From: a virus
Taxonomy: Duplodnaviria; Caudoviricetes
DNA: 28,198 nt
Direction: 5' to 3' (one strand)
Virus record (IMG/VR): IMGVR_UViG_3300038673_000067
Coordinates: 1-28,198 of that record
This document shows, piece after piece, positions 15,861-24,213 of the stretch. The position numbers and the translations under genes were made by a program. The notes beneath the pieces are model-generated. The model saw only the letters and a program-made list of their open reading frames with translations, was not told where the DNA came from and did not search any database. Numbering within the stretch: position 1 is the stretch's first letter; the number at the start of each line of letters is the position of its first letter.

Positions 15861-16386
15861 CTACGGGAAGGACAGTATTGCGTGTTTAGCAGCAATCGAG
15901 CAATTAGGTTGGCCGCTTGACCGTATTGTTCATGCCGAAGTATGGGCGACAGATACTATTCCGGCTGATTTACCTCCTATGGTGGAGTTTAAGGCTAAAG
16001 CAGACGCGATCATTAAAGAACGCTGGGGGATAACGGTTGAACACTTATGCGCGACAACAAATTACGCAGAATGTTTTCATAAGCCAATCACCAAGCAAAA
16101 AGAGGGATTTGAAGATCGTATAGGATTAAATCGAGGTTTCCCATATCAGAAAGGCCCATGGTGTCAACGTGATCTAAAAGTTAGTGTACTTGACTCTATC
16201 AAGAAATTGACATACGACGATTTATTCCACAAAACGTACACCAATTCAAAAACAGGACGAAATGGAAAAATGTACGGTTTCCCAAAAACAGTCCACAGGG
16301 GGGGGTGGTGTCACCAACTCAAAAACGACGCTTTCCGAAAAGCGAAATTCCCTTTTCTGAAAGCCCCGCACAAGGGGCTAATATAA
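15835..16386 (+). CDS. PAPS-reductase/adenine-nucleotide alpha-hydrolase family protein, N-terminal half
   Basis: GGAGGT RBS; ILSLNYGKDS PP-loop and WC motifs; the C-terminal half lies in the -1 frame. Confidence 0.75.
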   Translation: MDQFILSLNYGKDSIACLAAIEQLGWPLDRIVHAEVWATDTIPADLPPMVEFKAKADAIIKERWGITVEHLCATTNYAECFHKPITKQKEGFEDRIGLNRGFPYQKGPWCQRDLKVSVLDSIKKLTYDDLFHKTYTNSKTGRNGKMYGFPKTVHRGGWCHQLKNDAFRKAKFPFLKAPHKGLI

Positions 16387-16395
16387 ATATTGTGC
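16350..16395 (+). promoter_or_regulatory. Predicted programmed -1 ribosomal frameshift signal
   Basis: C CCT TTT heptamer in register (16350-56); 5-nt spacer; stem AGCCCC/GGGGCT (16362-79); loop GCACAA complementary to TTGTGC (16390-95). Confidence 0.75.
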
Positions 16396-16793
16396 AATAC
16401 CTCGGTATAGCTGCTGACGAACCTGAACGCATAGAACGTCACACAAAACCTGGAATAAAACTTCCGCTGGTTGAAATTGGTTGGGACGAAGCCTATTGCC
16501 GAAAATGGTGTGAAGAAAACGATTTGCTCTCTCCAATATATACCACCGCTACACGGGGGGGGTGTTGGTTTTGTCACAATCAAGGTATAGATCAACTCAG
16601 ACTTTTACGGAAGAATTATCCCGATTTATGGGCGCTTCTCATGCAATGGGATTTAGAAAGCATAGTTTCGTTCAAACCTGACGGTCATTCTGTTCATGAC
16701 TACGATACACGCTTTCACTACGAAGATAGCGGTAAAGTGCCAGCGGACAGAAGATTTAGATGGAAAATGATAAATATTAAGGAGGAAACCATT
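16356..16793 (+). CDS. PAPS-reductase family C-terminal half (-1 frame; no stop before ERF)
   Basis: YLGIAADEPER, LPLVEIGW and RGGCWFC motifs; no RBS or start of its own is evident. Confidence 0.7.
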
Positions 16794-17561
16794 ATGGCAA
16801 CCACGACCAAGAAATCCGAAGAGGCCGAGAAGAGCGGTATTGACTACAGCTTCATGAATGTCTATCAGAAGTTGCAGCTTGCCCGTATCGACTTCCTTCG
16901 CGCCGGTGTGAAGAAGTCCGGCAAAAACATCAAGCTCGAATTTATGTACTTCGAGTTGGCAGACATCGTGCCTGTGGCAGAGAACATCTTCGCAAAGTTC
17001 AATCTTCTCGGCGTTACACATTTCAGCGCCGACACCGGCTACATGGACGTGTATGACGGAGATCACCCCGAAGCAGCGCCTATCACGTTCTCAGCTCCGT
17101 TCACCGTCATTCAGCCCATTATCTCGTCCCGCACGGGTGGTGCTGTAACAAACGAAATGCAAGCTCTCGGCAGCTCCATTACCTATATGCGTCGCTATCT
17201 CTGGCAGCTCGTCATGGACATTATTGAAATCGACACCATTGACGGCACTCTCGGCAACGACGAGGACGCTCCCGCAGAAGCGGCAAAACCCGTCAAGCAG
17301 AAACCGCCCGTGACCGCTGAGAAGCGCCAGGAGATTAAGAAAGAGCTGACCGCTCCCGCCGCTCCCGCCGACGAGCTTCAAATCACCGCTCTGAAAGCCG
17401 GTCTGAAACAGCTCCTTGAACTCGATCCTGAACAGGAGAATTTCGTTCAGGAAATCGCCGTCCGTACCGAGAGCTTCACCAAAATCAGTAAAGAGGCTTG
17501 CGAAAAGCTGGTGCTGAGTATCGGTGAAATGATCGACGCTTACGGCGCTCAGGAGGGCTAA
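16794..17561 (+). CDS. ERF-family single-strand annealing recombinase
   Basis: Own AAGGAGG RBS (16779-85); NVYQKL, KKSGKN...Y.EL.DI and QALGSSITYMRRY (ERF signature). Confidence 0.85.
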   Translation: MATTTKKSEEAEKSGIDYSFMNVYQKLQLARIDFLRAGVKKSGKNIKLEFMYFELADIVPVAENIFAKFNLLGVTHFSADTGYMDVYDGDHPEAAPITFSAPFTVIQPIISSRTGGAVTNEMQALGSSITYMRRYLWQLVMDIIEIDTIDGTLGNDEDAPAEAAKPVKQKPPVTAEKRQEIKKELTAPAAPADELQITALKAGLKQLLELDPEQENFVQEIAVRTESFTKISKEACEKLVLSIGEMIDAYGAQEG

Positions 17562-17562
17562 C

Positions 17563-18078
17563 ATGCCTCCCGTTGAACAATGGAGAGCGATAGACGGGTG
17601 CAAGGGTTACTACGATATAAGCGACCTTGGTAACGTCTACTCTCTTCGGAAAGCCGGTCTTATTAAACCGTATATTGACAGATACGGCTATCAGAAAGTT
17701 GTCCTGTTCATAGACGGAAAGGCTCACTACAGGACAGTTCACCGCTTAGTAGCTCTCGCTTTTATCCCAAACCCCGAAAAGAAACCCGCCGTTAATCATT
17801 TGAACGAGGACAAGTGCGACAACCGTGTTGAAAACTTGGAGTGGTCAACCTTCAAGGAAAATGATAATTACGGCACACGCAACAAAAGAATGGCACTTAC
17901 TAAATGCAAGCGCCCTGTAACTCTTACTTGTCCTGACGGTAGAGAAATTCATTATCAGGGAGTTAAAGAAGCGTCACGCGACACAGGAATTGCTCACTCG
18001 CAAATATCCAAGGCTTGTAAAAACAATATGAAAACAAAATACGGCTATGTGTGGAGGTACACAAATGAACTCTATTGA
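17563..18078 (+). CDS. NUMOD4/HNH homing endonuclease
   Basis: WRAIDG...YDISDLGNVYS (NUMOD4) and VHRLVALAFIPN...VNHLNEDKCDNRVENLEW (HNH). Confidence 0.88.
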   Translation: MPPVEQWRAIDGCKGYYDISDLGNVYSLRKAGLIKPYIDRYGYQKVVLFIDGKAHYRTVHRLVALAFIPNPEKKPAVNHLNEDKCDNRVENLEWSTFKENDNYGTRNKRMALTKCKRPVTLTCPDGREIHYQGVKEASRDTGIAHSQISKACKNNMKTKYGYVWRYTNELY

Positions 18079-19114
18079 ATGGCTGGACGGCAATCGTATA
18101 AAAGTCGTGCCGCCCAGGAAACCCAAAAAACTAACCGGCACTCGCTTTGCCGCTGTCATGGGACTCAACGCGTGGTCTACTCCGTTTGAAATCTGGTGTG
18201 CGGTCACTCGGACGTATGAAACTCCTTTTGAGGACACGATCTACACCGTGGCTGGTAAGGTCATCGAACCAAAACAGGCAGAGTATATGCGTAAGGCATA
18301 TTTCATGACCAACCTTCTCACGCCTACCGAGAAGTACGGAGCTGACTACTTCAAAAAGACTTGGGGCGACTTCTTCCCTGAGCAGCCTGTTTTCGGCGGT
18401 AGCTGGGACTATCTACTTATCGGAAAAGACGGCAAACCCGCAACCGTGCTTGAAATGAAAACTTCCAAGCGAAGCGAGGATTGGGCTGACGATATTCCTG
18501 AGTATTACGCCCTCCAAGCTGCCCTGTACGCTTACCTTCTCGGTGTGGACGATGTTATCATGGTCGCCTCTTTCCTTGAAGCCGGTGACTACGACGATCC
18601 GTCCAAGTTTGTACCCAGCGCGAAGAACACCATCACGCGCCCGTTCCGTGTTTCCGAGAGATACCCTGAGTTCGAGAAGAAGTACGTCAAACCCGCTCTG
18701 AAATGGTGGAAAGCTCATGTGGAGTCCGGCATTTCTCCGGCCTACGACGAGAAGAAGGACGCGGACATTCTCAAAGCTCTGCGTACCAACAATCTGTCCC
18801 CTGAGACAGACGTTGCCGCTCTGGTGGCAGAGGCCGAAACCCTGAAAGCACACATCGACCAGGTGTCCAGCTCCATTGCAGATGACGAGAAGCGGTACAA
18901 AACCCTGACCGATATGATTAAGGCTCACGCGGTCAAGCAGTTCCGTGACGGCGACAAAAAAGTTTCCATTCGCGGCGCTGCCTTTGAATGGGAAGTCAGC
19001 CGCTCCACCACAACGAAGATCGACAAGGACGCTATGAAAGCGGACGGCGTTCTGGACAAGTACAGCTCTACGGAGGAAAGCTACCGCCTGACTCCGAAAG
19101 CCATTAAAGAATAA
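18065..19114 (+). CDS. YqaJ-like viral recombinase exonuclease
   Basis: TGTRFAAVMGLNAWSTPFEIW, GSWDY, LEMKT and IPEYYALQAALY motifs; GGAGGT RBS before ATG 18065. Confidence 0.82.
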   Translation: MNSIEWLDGNRIKVVPPRKPKKLTGTRFAAVMGLNAWSTPFEIWCAVTRTYETPFEDTIYTVAGKVIEPKQAEYMRKAYFMTNLLTPTEKYGADYFKKTWGDFFPEQPVFGGSWDYLLIGKDGKPATVLEMKTSKRSEDWADDIPEYYALQAALYAYLLGVDDVIMVASFLEAGDYDDPSKFVPSAKNTITRPFRVSERYPEFEKKYVKPALKWWKAHVESGISPAYDEKKDADILKALRTNNLSPETDVAALVAEAETLKAHIDQVSSSIADDEKRYKTLTDMIKAHAVKQFRDGDKKVSIRGAAFEWEVSRSTTTKIDKDAMKADGVLDKYSSTEESYRLTPKAIKE

Positions 19115-19127
19115 TAGGAGGATCATT

Positions 19128-19592
19128 ATGAAATTCGAGAAATTTGTAAAGTCCCTCGGCACAAACGGTGTCATCTACAAACGTGAAAACGGTGAACGCT
19201 GGCTGGCCTCTTCTTCCGTGTTCATGCTCGTTCCTGACAATATTCGCGGCGTGACCGCCTCGGACATTCTGGATATGCCGCAGAAGATCGACGAAATCAT
19301 TTCCGCTATCAGCTCTGAACCCTGTGAGCTGCACAGAGCAATCATGCCCTACGGCGACAGCGGTATCAAGGATTGTGTGCGTGTGTTTTCCAACCTCGCC
19401 GGTGACATCAATATCCCGATCAGCAATCCCGATTTTGCTCTGATCGAGAAAGCCGACATCAAGGAAATCCAGTACAGATACATCGGTGATGACGCTGAAC
19501 CTATCGCTCTTATGGTCAAGGCGTGGCCTGTTATTCCCGCCGACGAACCTGAGCTTGTCGGAGTCATTTTCCCGACAGATTACGACCTTTAA
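19128..19592 (+). CDS. Hypothetical protein
   Basis: AGGAGG RBS; 154 aa. Confidence 0.65.
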   Translation: MKFEKFVKSLGTNGVIYKRENGERWLASSSVFMLVPDNIRGVTASDILDMPQKIDEIISAISSEPCELHRAIMPYGDSGIKDCVRVFSNLAGDINIPISNPDFALIEKADIKEIQYRYIGDDAEPIALMVKAWPVIPADEPELVGVIFPTDYDL

Positions 19593-19605
19593 GGAGGAAA
19601 CAGAC

Positions 19606-20100
19606 ATGGCTAAAATCGGACTGACCGAGGGCTTCACCCTCATTCCCGAAGGAACTCATACCTTTAAGATCACCGCTGTCAAGTACAAGGAAGAGTTCGG
19701 TAAGATGGAAGTGTCCATGCAGACCCAGGGCGGCATGAAGCACGTTGAACGCTTCTCTCTGTTGAGTAGCGACGGCTCTCCCAACGAAGGTGCGCTGAAC
19801 GCTTTCAGCTACTTCGCCAAGACCGCTCTCAACGACTTCTCTTTGCAGGAGATCGACCACGAGGACTTGGTAGGCCATTTCATTGAGTGCGACATCGAGC
19901 ATGATACACAGCCGAATAAGAATAAACCCGATAAGACGGTCACGTTTATCCGGCTGGCTGACAAACGCCCCTCTGACGGCTGGGACGAGGCCACCGCTCC
20001 CGCTCCCGCGCCCAAGGCGGCAACTACCCCTCCGGCAGCGAAAGCCTCTCCTGCGGCCTCTGGCAAGCCCAAGGTTGACCTGAACGCCCTACTCGGTTAA
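19606..20100 (+). CDS. Putative ssDNA-binding protein (DUF669-like)
   Basis: AAGGAGG RBS; FTLIPEGTHTFKI N-terminus and a low-complexity Ala/Pro tail; located in the recombination module. Confidence 0.55.
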   Translation: MAKIGLTEGFTLIPEGTHTFKITAVKYKEEFGKMEVSMQTQGGMKHVERFSLLSSDGSPNEGALNAFSYFAKTALNDFSLQEIDHEDLVGHFIECDIEHDTQPNKNKPDKTVTFIRLADKRPSDGWDEATAPAPAPKAATTPPAAKASPAASGKPKVDLNALLG

Positions 20101-20110
20101 TTCCCTTGAC

Positions 20111-20148
20111 GGAGAGAACGGGCGCTTTTATAGGCACTCGTTCTCTCC
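20111..20148 (+). other. Stem-loop after the SSB-like gene (no clear U-tract)
   Basis: Perfect 10-bp arms GGAGAGAACG...CGTTCTCTCC. Confidence 0.5.
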
Positions 20149-20182
20149 AAACCTTATACGCGAAAAGAAGGTAATCATAGAA

Positions 20183-20338
20183 ATGGAGCAAATAGATTAT
20201 ATCCGGCTTATCTCCAAGCTGTCTAACTGTTACGGCGACAAGTTGATAGAGCTGATGGACTTCGCTCATACCTCTTGCCTCAAAGACGTAAGCAAGGAAG
20301 AAGCCAAAGAGTTTTATGAAAAGAGGTGTACCGCATGA
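20183..20338 (+). CDS. Small hypothetical protein (51 aa; absent from the ORF track)
   Basis: MEQIDYIRLISKLSNCYGDKLIELMDF...; ATGA overlap with the next gene. Confidence 0.5.
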   Translation: MEQIDYIRLISKLSNCYGDKLIELMDFAHTSCLKDVSKEEAKEFYEKRCTA

Positions 20339-20847
20339 AATTACCTGACAGCGGAGCGCGTAGGCAGTTTGACACCGGCGCTGTCCGCGATATTCAAGAG
20401 GGCAAAGGCCGCTGTGATCTTTTACCGCTCTGCGTTATTGCCGGTCATCTGAATGACGCTGTACTCTTCGATATTGCCGACTTCATGGAGGACGGCGATT
20501 ACGACCACCTCTACGCTGCCCTGGATCATTTCTTCAAGGTGCGTGGAGAAAACAAAGAGTACATCGAAAAGACCTGGGCTGACCGTATGCTCGAAGTGTC
20601 CAAGCATTACGAGGACGGCGCGGCAAAATACGGCGACAGAAATTGGGAGAAAGGTATTCCGCTTCATTGCTTTATCGACAGCGGTGTGAGGCATTACCTG
20701 AAACTCAAACGCGGTGACACCGACGAACCTCACGACAGAGCCTTTGTGTGGAACGTCCTCGGCGCGATCTGGACAATGATGACTTATCCCTCTATGTGCG
20801 ATATTCCCTCAACTCAACTGAAAGGAGACAACGGCAATGCCGAATAA
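20335..20847 (+). CDS. dATP/dGTP diphosphohydrolase-domain protein (DUF5664-like)
   Basis: FDTGAVRD..EGKGRCDLLP, GAAKYGDRNWEKGIP, RHY and DEPH motifs. Confidence 0.75.
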   Translation: MKLPDSGARRQFDTGAVRDIQEGKGRCDLLPLCVIAGHLNDAVLFDIADFMEDGDYDHLYAALDHFFKVRGENKEYIEKTWADRMLEVSKHYEDGAAKYGDRNWEKGIPLHCFIDSGVRHYLKLKRGDTDEPHDRAFVWNVLGAIWTMMTYPSMCDIPSTQLKGDNGNAE

Positions 20848-21394
20848 CGAATTTAACCACCGCGTCAACGAATATGTCCGGCTCATGCAGGACTATGTGA
20901 CCTCCGATATGACTGACTGGCTTGCGGATCGCGGCTTCTTTGACGCTCCCGCCTCCACCAAGTTTCACGGCGCTCACGAAGGAGGGCTGTACGAACACTC
21001 CGCTGCCGTGACGCAGTTCCTCGTCAACCTGACACGGGACAATCACTTGACATGGAAAAACCCGCGCTCCCCCTACATCGTGGGTATGTTTCATGACCTT
21101 TGCAAGATTGACTCGTACCAGGTCGATAACAGCGTCCCTTATACGGTAGGAGAGCCTACCCGTTGGCAGTATAACACCGAAACTCTACTGAAAGGTCACG
21201 GAGACAAGAGCGTCATGCTTCTCAGCCAGTTCTACGAGCTGACCGAAGAAGAAATCCTGTGTATCAGGTATCACATGGGCGCTTTCGTCGAGAAGGAAGA
21301 GTGGCGAGATTACACCAGAGCCGTGAACCTCTATCCGAATGTCCTCTGGACTCATACCGCCGATATGCTGGCAGCTCATGTGTCCGGCACTTGA
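20837..21394 (+). CDS. HD-domain phosphohydrolase
   Basis: APASTKFHGAHEGGLYEHS, FHDLCK, IRYHMG and HTAD motifs. Confidence 0.85.
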   Translation: MPNNEFNHRVNEYVRLMQDYVTSDMTDWLADRGFFDAPASTKFHGAHEGGLYEHSAAVTQFLVNLTRDNHLTWKNPRSPYIVGMFHDLCKIDSYQVDNSVPYTVGEPTRWQYNTETLLKGHGDKSVMLLSQFYELTEEEILCIRYHMGAFVEKEEWRDYTRAVNLYPNVLWTHTADMLAAHVSGT

Positions 21395-21408
21395 AGGGAG
21401 AATGAAAT

Positions 21409-22032
21409 ATGAAAATCATCAATCCGTCCGTGGAACTCATTGATCCTCCGTCGTATGCGGAGCTTATCGGCAAGATCGAGAAAGCCGGACGTGTCTGTTA
21501 CAAGTCTGAGGACAAAATCAAGGACGGTAGCGCAGAGACGTTCATTCGCGGGATCATTAAGCGTGATCATGAGGCTGTTATCGAACACTCGTCCCTGACG
21601 GTCAAGTTTATCTGTGACAGAGGCGTGTCCCATGAAATCGTCCGTCACCGCGTCGCCTCCTACTGTCAGGAGTCTACCCGCTATTGCAATTACAGCAAGG
21701 GTGACTTCGGCAGCGAAATCACCGTCATTCAGCCTTGCTACCTCGATCCCCATAGCGCCGCTTACGGGACATGGGAAATCGCTTGCAGACAGGCCGAGAG
21801 AGCCTACTTTGATATGCTCAACCAGGACTGTACCGCTCAGGAGGCAAGAGCCGTCCTTCCGAACAGTCTGAAAACAGAAATGTTTATGACGGCAAATGTG
21901 CGTGAATGGCGGCATTTTCTCAAACTCCGTTGCTCTCCGGCAGCTCACCCGCAAATGCGTGAAGTTGCCGCTCTGCTGGCAAAGGACTTGAAGTCCCGTT
22001 ATCCTGTCTTATTCGACGATATTGAGGTGTGA
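21409..22032 (+). CDS. thyX: FAD-dependent thymidylate synthase
   Basis: HEIVRHRVASYCQESTRY (RHRx7SxR) and ARAVLP...LR...AHPQMR motifs. Confidence 0.93.
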   Translation: MKIINPSVELIDPPSYAELIGKIEKAGRVCYKSEDKIKDGSAETFIRGIIKRDHEAVIEHSSLTVKFICDRGVSHEIVRHRVASYCQESTRYCNYSKGDFGSEITVIQPCYLDPHSAAYGTWEIACRQAERAYFDMLNQDCTAQEARAVLPNSLKTEMFMTANVREWRHFLKLRCSPAAHPQMREVAALLAKDLKSRYPVLFDDIEV

Positions 22033-22379
22033 CCATGCAAATCAAAAAGTCTGGCGGTAAGGTTTTCGGAGCGAGTTTTACCGCTGCCGAGAAGAAAGCT
22101 ATGGACATCGAGATAAACCGCCAGATCGTTGAGCATGACCGCCAGTTTGAAATCGACTCGGACGCTACCGTTCTTTGGACGCTTCACGTCTGTTTCGGTT
22201 TCGGCAAAGACCGCCTCCGTAGGTTTTGGGAAATGTACTTCAAAGAGCGAGAGAACCTGAGAAAGACCTATCTCATGGAGGCCGACGATCTGAATTGGCT
22301 CTACAGACACAAGCTCAAAGACATCGGAGTTGACATCGAAGAATGGCACAAAGAAATTGATAAAGGAGAATTACCATGA
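22029..22379 (+). CDS. Hypothetical protein
   Basis: Overlap-coupled ORF; GFGKDRLRRF motif recalled from Firmicutes phages. Confidence 0.6.
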   Translation: MTMQIKKSGGKVFGASFTAAEKKAMDIEINRQIVEHDRQFEIDSDATVLWTLHVCFGFGKDRLRRFWEMYFKERENLRKTYLMEADDLNWLYRHKLKDIGVDIEEWHKEIDKGELP

Positions 22380-22609
22380 AATTCAAATCAGAAAACGGCT
22401 GGGTACGTTTCATCATGAGAGCCGGTCAGTCTTTCGTTACAAACAAAATGCCGGTTGACGAGGCTACCAACATCGTTTCCAAGGGTAAGGCCGAGAAAAG
22501 CAGCCTCTTTGACGGGTATGAGATCGGCGTTGACGATCACTACTTTTTCGCCGGAGAGTTCGACGAGGCGGCAGAAAAGAAAGGTACTGCTACAAAGAAG
22601 AAAAACTGA
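22376..22609 (+). CDS. Hypothetical protein
   Basis: AAGGAG RBS; ATGA overlap. Confidence 0.55.
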   Translation: MKFKSENGWVRFIMRAGQSFVTNKMPVDEATNIVSKGKAEKSSLFDGYEIGVDDHYFFAGEFDEAAEKKGTATKKKN

Positions 22610-22618
22610 GGTATCGCT

Positions 22619-23105
22619 ATGGGTAAATACGTCGATCTGTCAGGTAAACGCTATGGGAGGCTAACTGTTAATTCAATAGCCGGTCGAGACAAATACGGCT
22701 CTGTCCTATGGAATTGTCATTGTGACTGCGGGAAAAATTGCGTTACGACAACAGGACGATTGAATAATGGAACGTGTACGTCCTGTGGCTGTTACCGAGC
22801 CGAACAAAACCTACTCGCTGTAACAAAGCACAACGAGTACAAGTCTCGGCTGTACAGTATTCATAAGGGTATGCTTGCACGTTGCTACAACAGCAATCGT
22901 AAAGAGTATCAATACTATGGAGGCAGAGGTGTCAAGGTTTGCGCTGAGTGGAAGAATTGCTTTTCTTGTTTCAGAGAACGGATACGATGACAGCTTGACG
23001 ATTGACAGAATTGATCCGAACAAAGATTACTCACCTGAAAATTGTCGTTGGGTAACGCAGTCTGTGCAAAACAAGAATAGAAGGTGGTCTAAGAATGAAA
23101 TATGA
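22619..23105 (+). pseudogene. Frameshifted HNH homing endonuclease
   Basis: DLSGKRYGRLTV/CDCG/SCGC/YYGGRG lie in one frame and NGYDDSLTIDRID...ENCRW in another; the break is near 22975. Confidence 0.75.
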
Positions 23106-23877
23106 CTTGATACCTTCTGATCTCAAAACAGAGGTTGCCTGGGTAAACGTCTGGAACAACTCAAAGATACCCATGCGCTCACTCGTCCGAAAGGGCGCGT
23201 CCTCGGTTGAGCCGCAGAGCTGGTCTACTTTCGAGGCCGCTGTCAAGGCTGTAGAGAACGGCACTTACGACGGGATAGGTTATGTGTTTCACGACACCGG
23301 CCTTGTCGGTATCGACATTGACGCTGGTTTTGAGGACTGTTTTCTATCTCCGCTGGCCTGTGACATTATCGGGCGCTGCCAGTCCTACACGGAAAAAAGC
23401 AGAAGCGGCAGAGGCGTTCATGTACTTCTCAAAGGCAATCTCCCATTCATAGGCAAGAACAATCGAAACGGTGTGGAGATTTACAAGAGCAGCCGGTACT
23501 TCATCATGACCGGCGACAGGCTGATTTTCTCTGAGATCATCGAAAACCAAGAGGCCATTGACTACATCGTAGCTCAATACTTCCCTGAAACCGTGAAAGA
23601 GAAAAGCACCGGCTGTTCCTCTCAGCGTATCTACACACCGATATATCAGAAACCTGAAAACGGAAAAGTGAACCTCAAACCCCAATATCCACCTATTCAA
23701 CCTGGATCACGAAATCTCAGCCTCACGTCTCTTGCCGGTCAGCTTCACAATCAGGGTTACAGCAAGGGTGACATCTATAAAGAGCTGCTGTACGCCAATA
23801 AGGTTGCCTGTCAACCTCCGCTGCCGGTGTCTGAGGTAGAGCTTATCGTGAACAGCGTGACTAAATACAGGAGGTAA
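23095..23877 (+). CDS. Primase-polymerase (AEP) with a PriCT-like C-terminal domain
   Basis: GIDID, SRSGRGVH and GVEIY motifs; C-terminal GSRNLSLTSLAGQL...PPLP..EV. Confidence 0.82.
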   Translation: MKYDLIPSDLKTEVAWVNVWNNSKIPMRSLVRKGASSVEPQSWSTFEAAVKAVENGTYDGIGYVFHDTGLVGIDIDAGFEDCFLSPLACDIIGRCQSYTEKSRSGRGVHVLLKGNLPFIGKNNRNGVEIYKSSRYFIMTGDRLIFSEIIENQEAIDYIVAQYFPETVKEKSTGCSSQRIYTPIYQKPENGKVNLKPQYPPIQPGSRNLSLTSLAGQLHNQGYSKGDIYKELLYANKVACQPPLPVSEVELIVNSVTKYRR

Positions 23878-23882
23878 ATATT

Positions 23883-24059
23883 TTGAATAACGAAGAGGTG
23901 AAAAACCTTATAACCGCTATCGGTGGCTTGGCTGAACTGCTTGAAGTGTTCAGAGATCAATGCCTCTCACACGGATTTACCCGTGCAGAGTCTATTTCTC
24001 TTTGCAAGGCATACATAGCCGTAGCCATTTCAGGGGGGGGACGCAACGATGAAAATTGA
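23883..24059 (+). CDS. Small hypothetical protein (58 aa; absent from the ORF track)
   Basis: AGGAGGT RBS and TTG start; MNNEEVKNLITAIGGLAELL...GFTRAES... Confidence 0.55.
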   Translation: MNNEEVKNLITAIGGLAELLEVFRDQCLSHGFTRAESISLCKAYIAVAISGGGRNDEN

Positions 24060-24210
24060 GTGCTGCTACAAATGCGAGAAGCGTCACCCTGGCTGTCACG
24101 CCAACTGCGAGGAATATAAGCGGCAGAAAGCCGCGTGGAACGAACAGAAAGAAGCCGCCGACAAGGAGAAATCCAAGAACGACCTCTGTTTTGGCTCTCG
24201 CCGGAGGTGA
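24049..24210 (+). CDS. Small Cys/His-rich (zinc-finger-like) protein (53 aa; absent from the ORF track)
   Basis: MKIECCYKCEKRHPGCHANCEEYK... Confidence 0.6.
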   Translation: MKIECCYKCEKRHPGCHANCEEYKRQKAAWNEQKEAADKEKSKNDLCFGSRRR

Positions 24211-24213
24211 CAC

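Noticed and set aside
16298-16305. G8 homopolymer as the cause of the PAPS-reductase frame break (also G8 at 16555 and 24033)
   Set aside because: The first frame continues past it with WCHQLK, matching the duplicated WC...LK motif, so the shift is downstream at CCCTTTT. The other G8 tracts sit in intact frames. Phase variation cannot be excluded but is unsupported.
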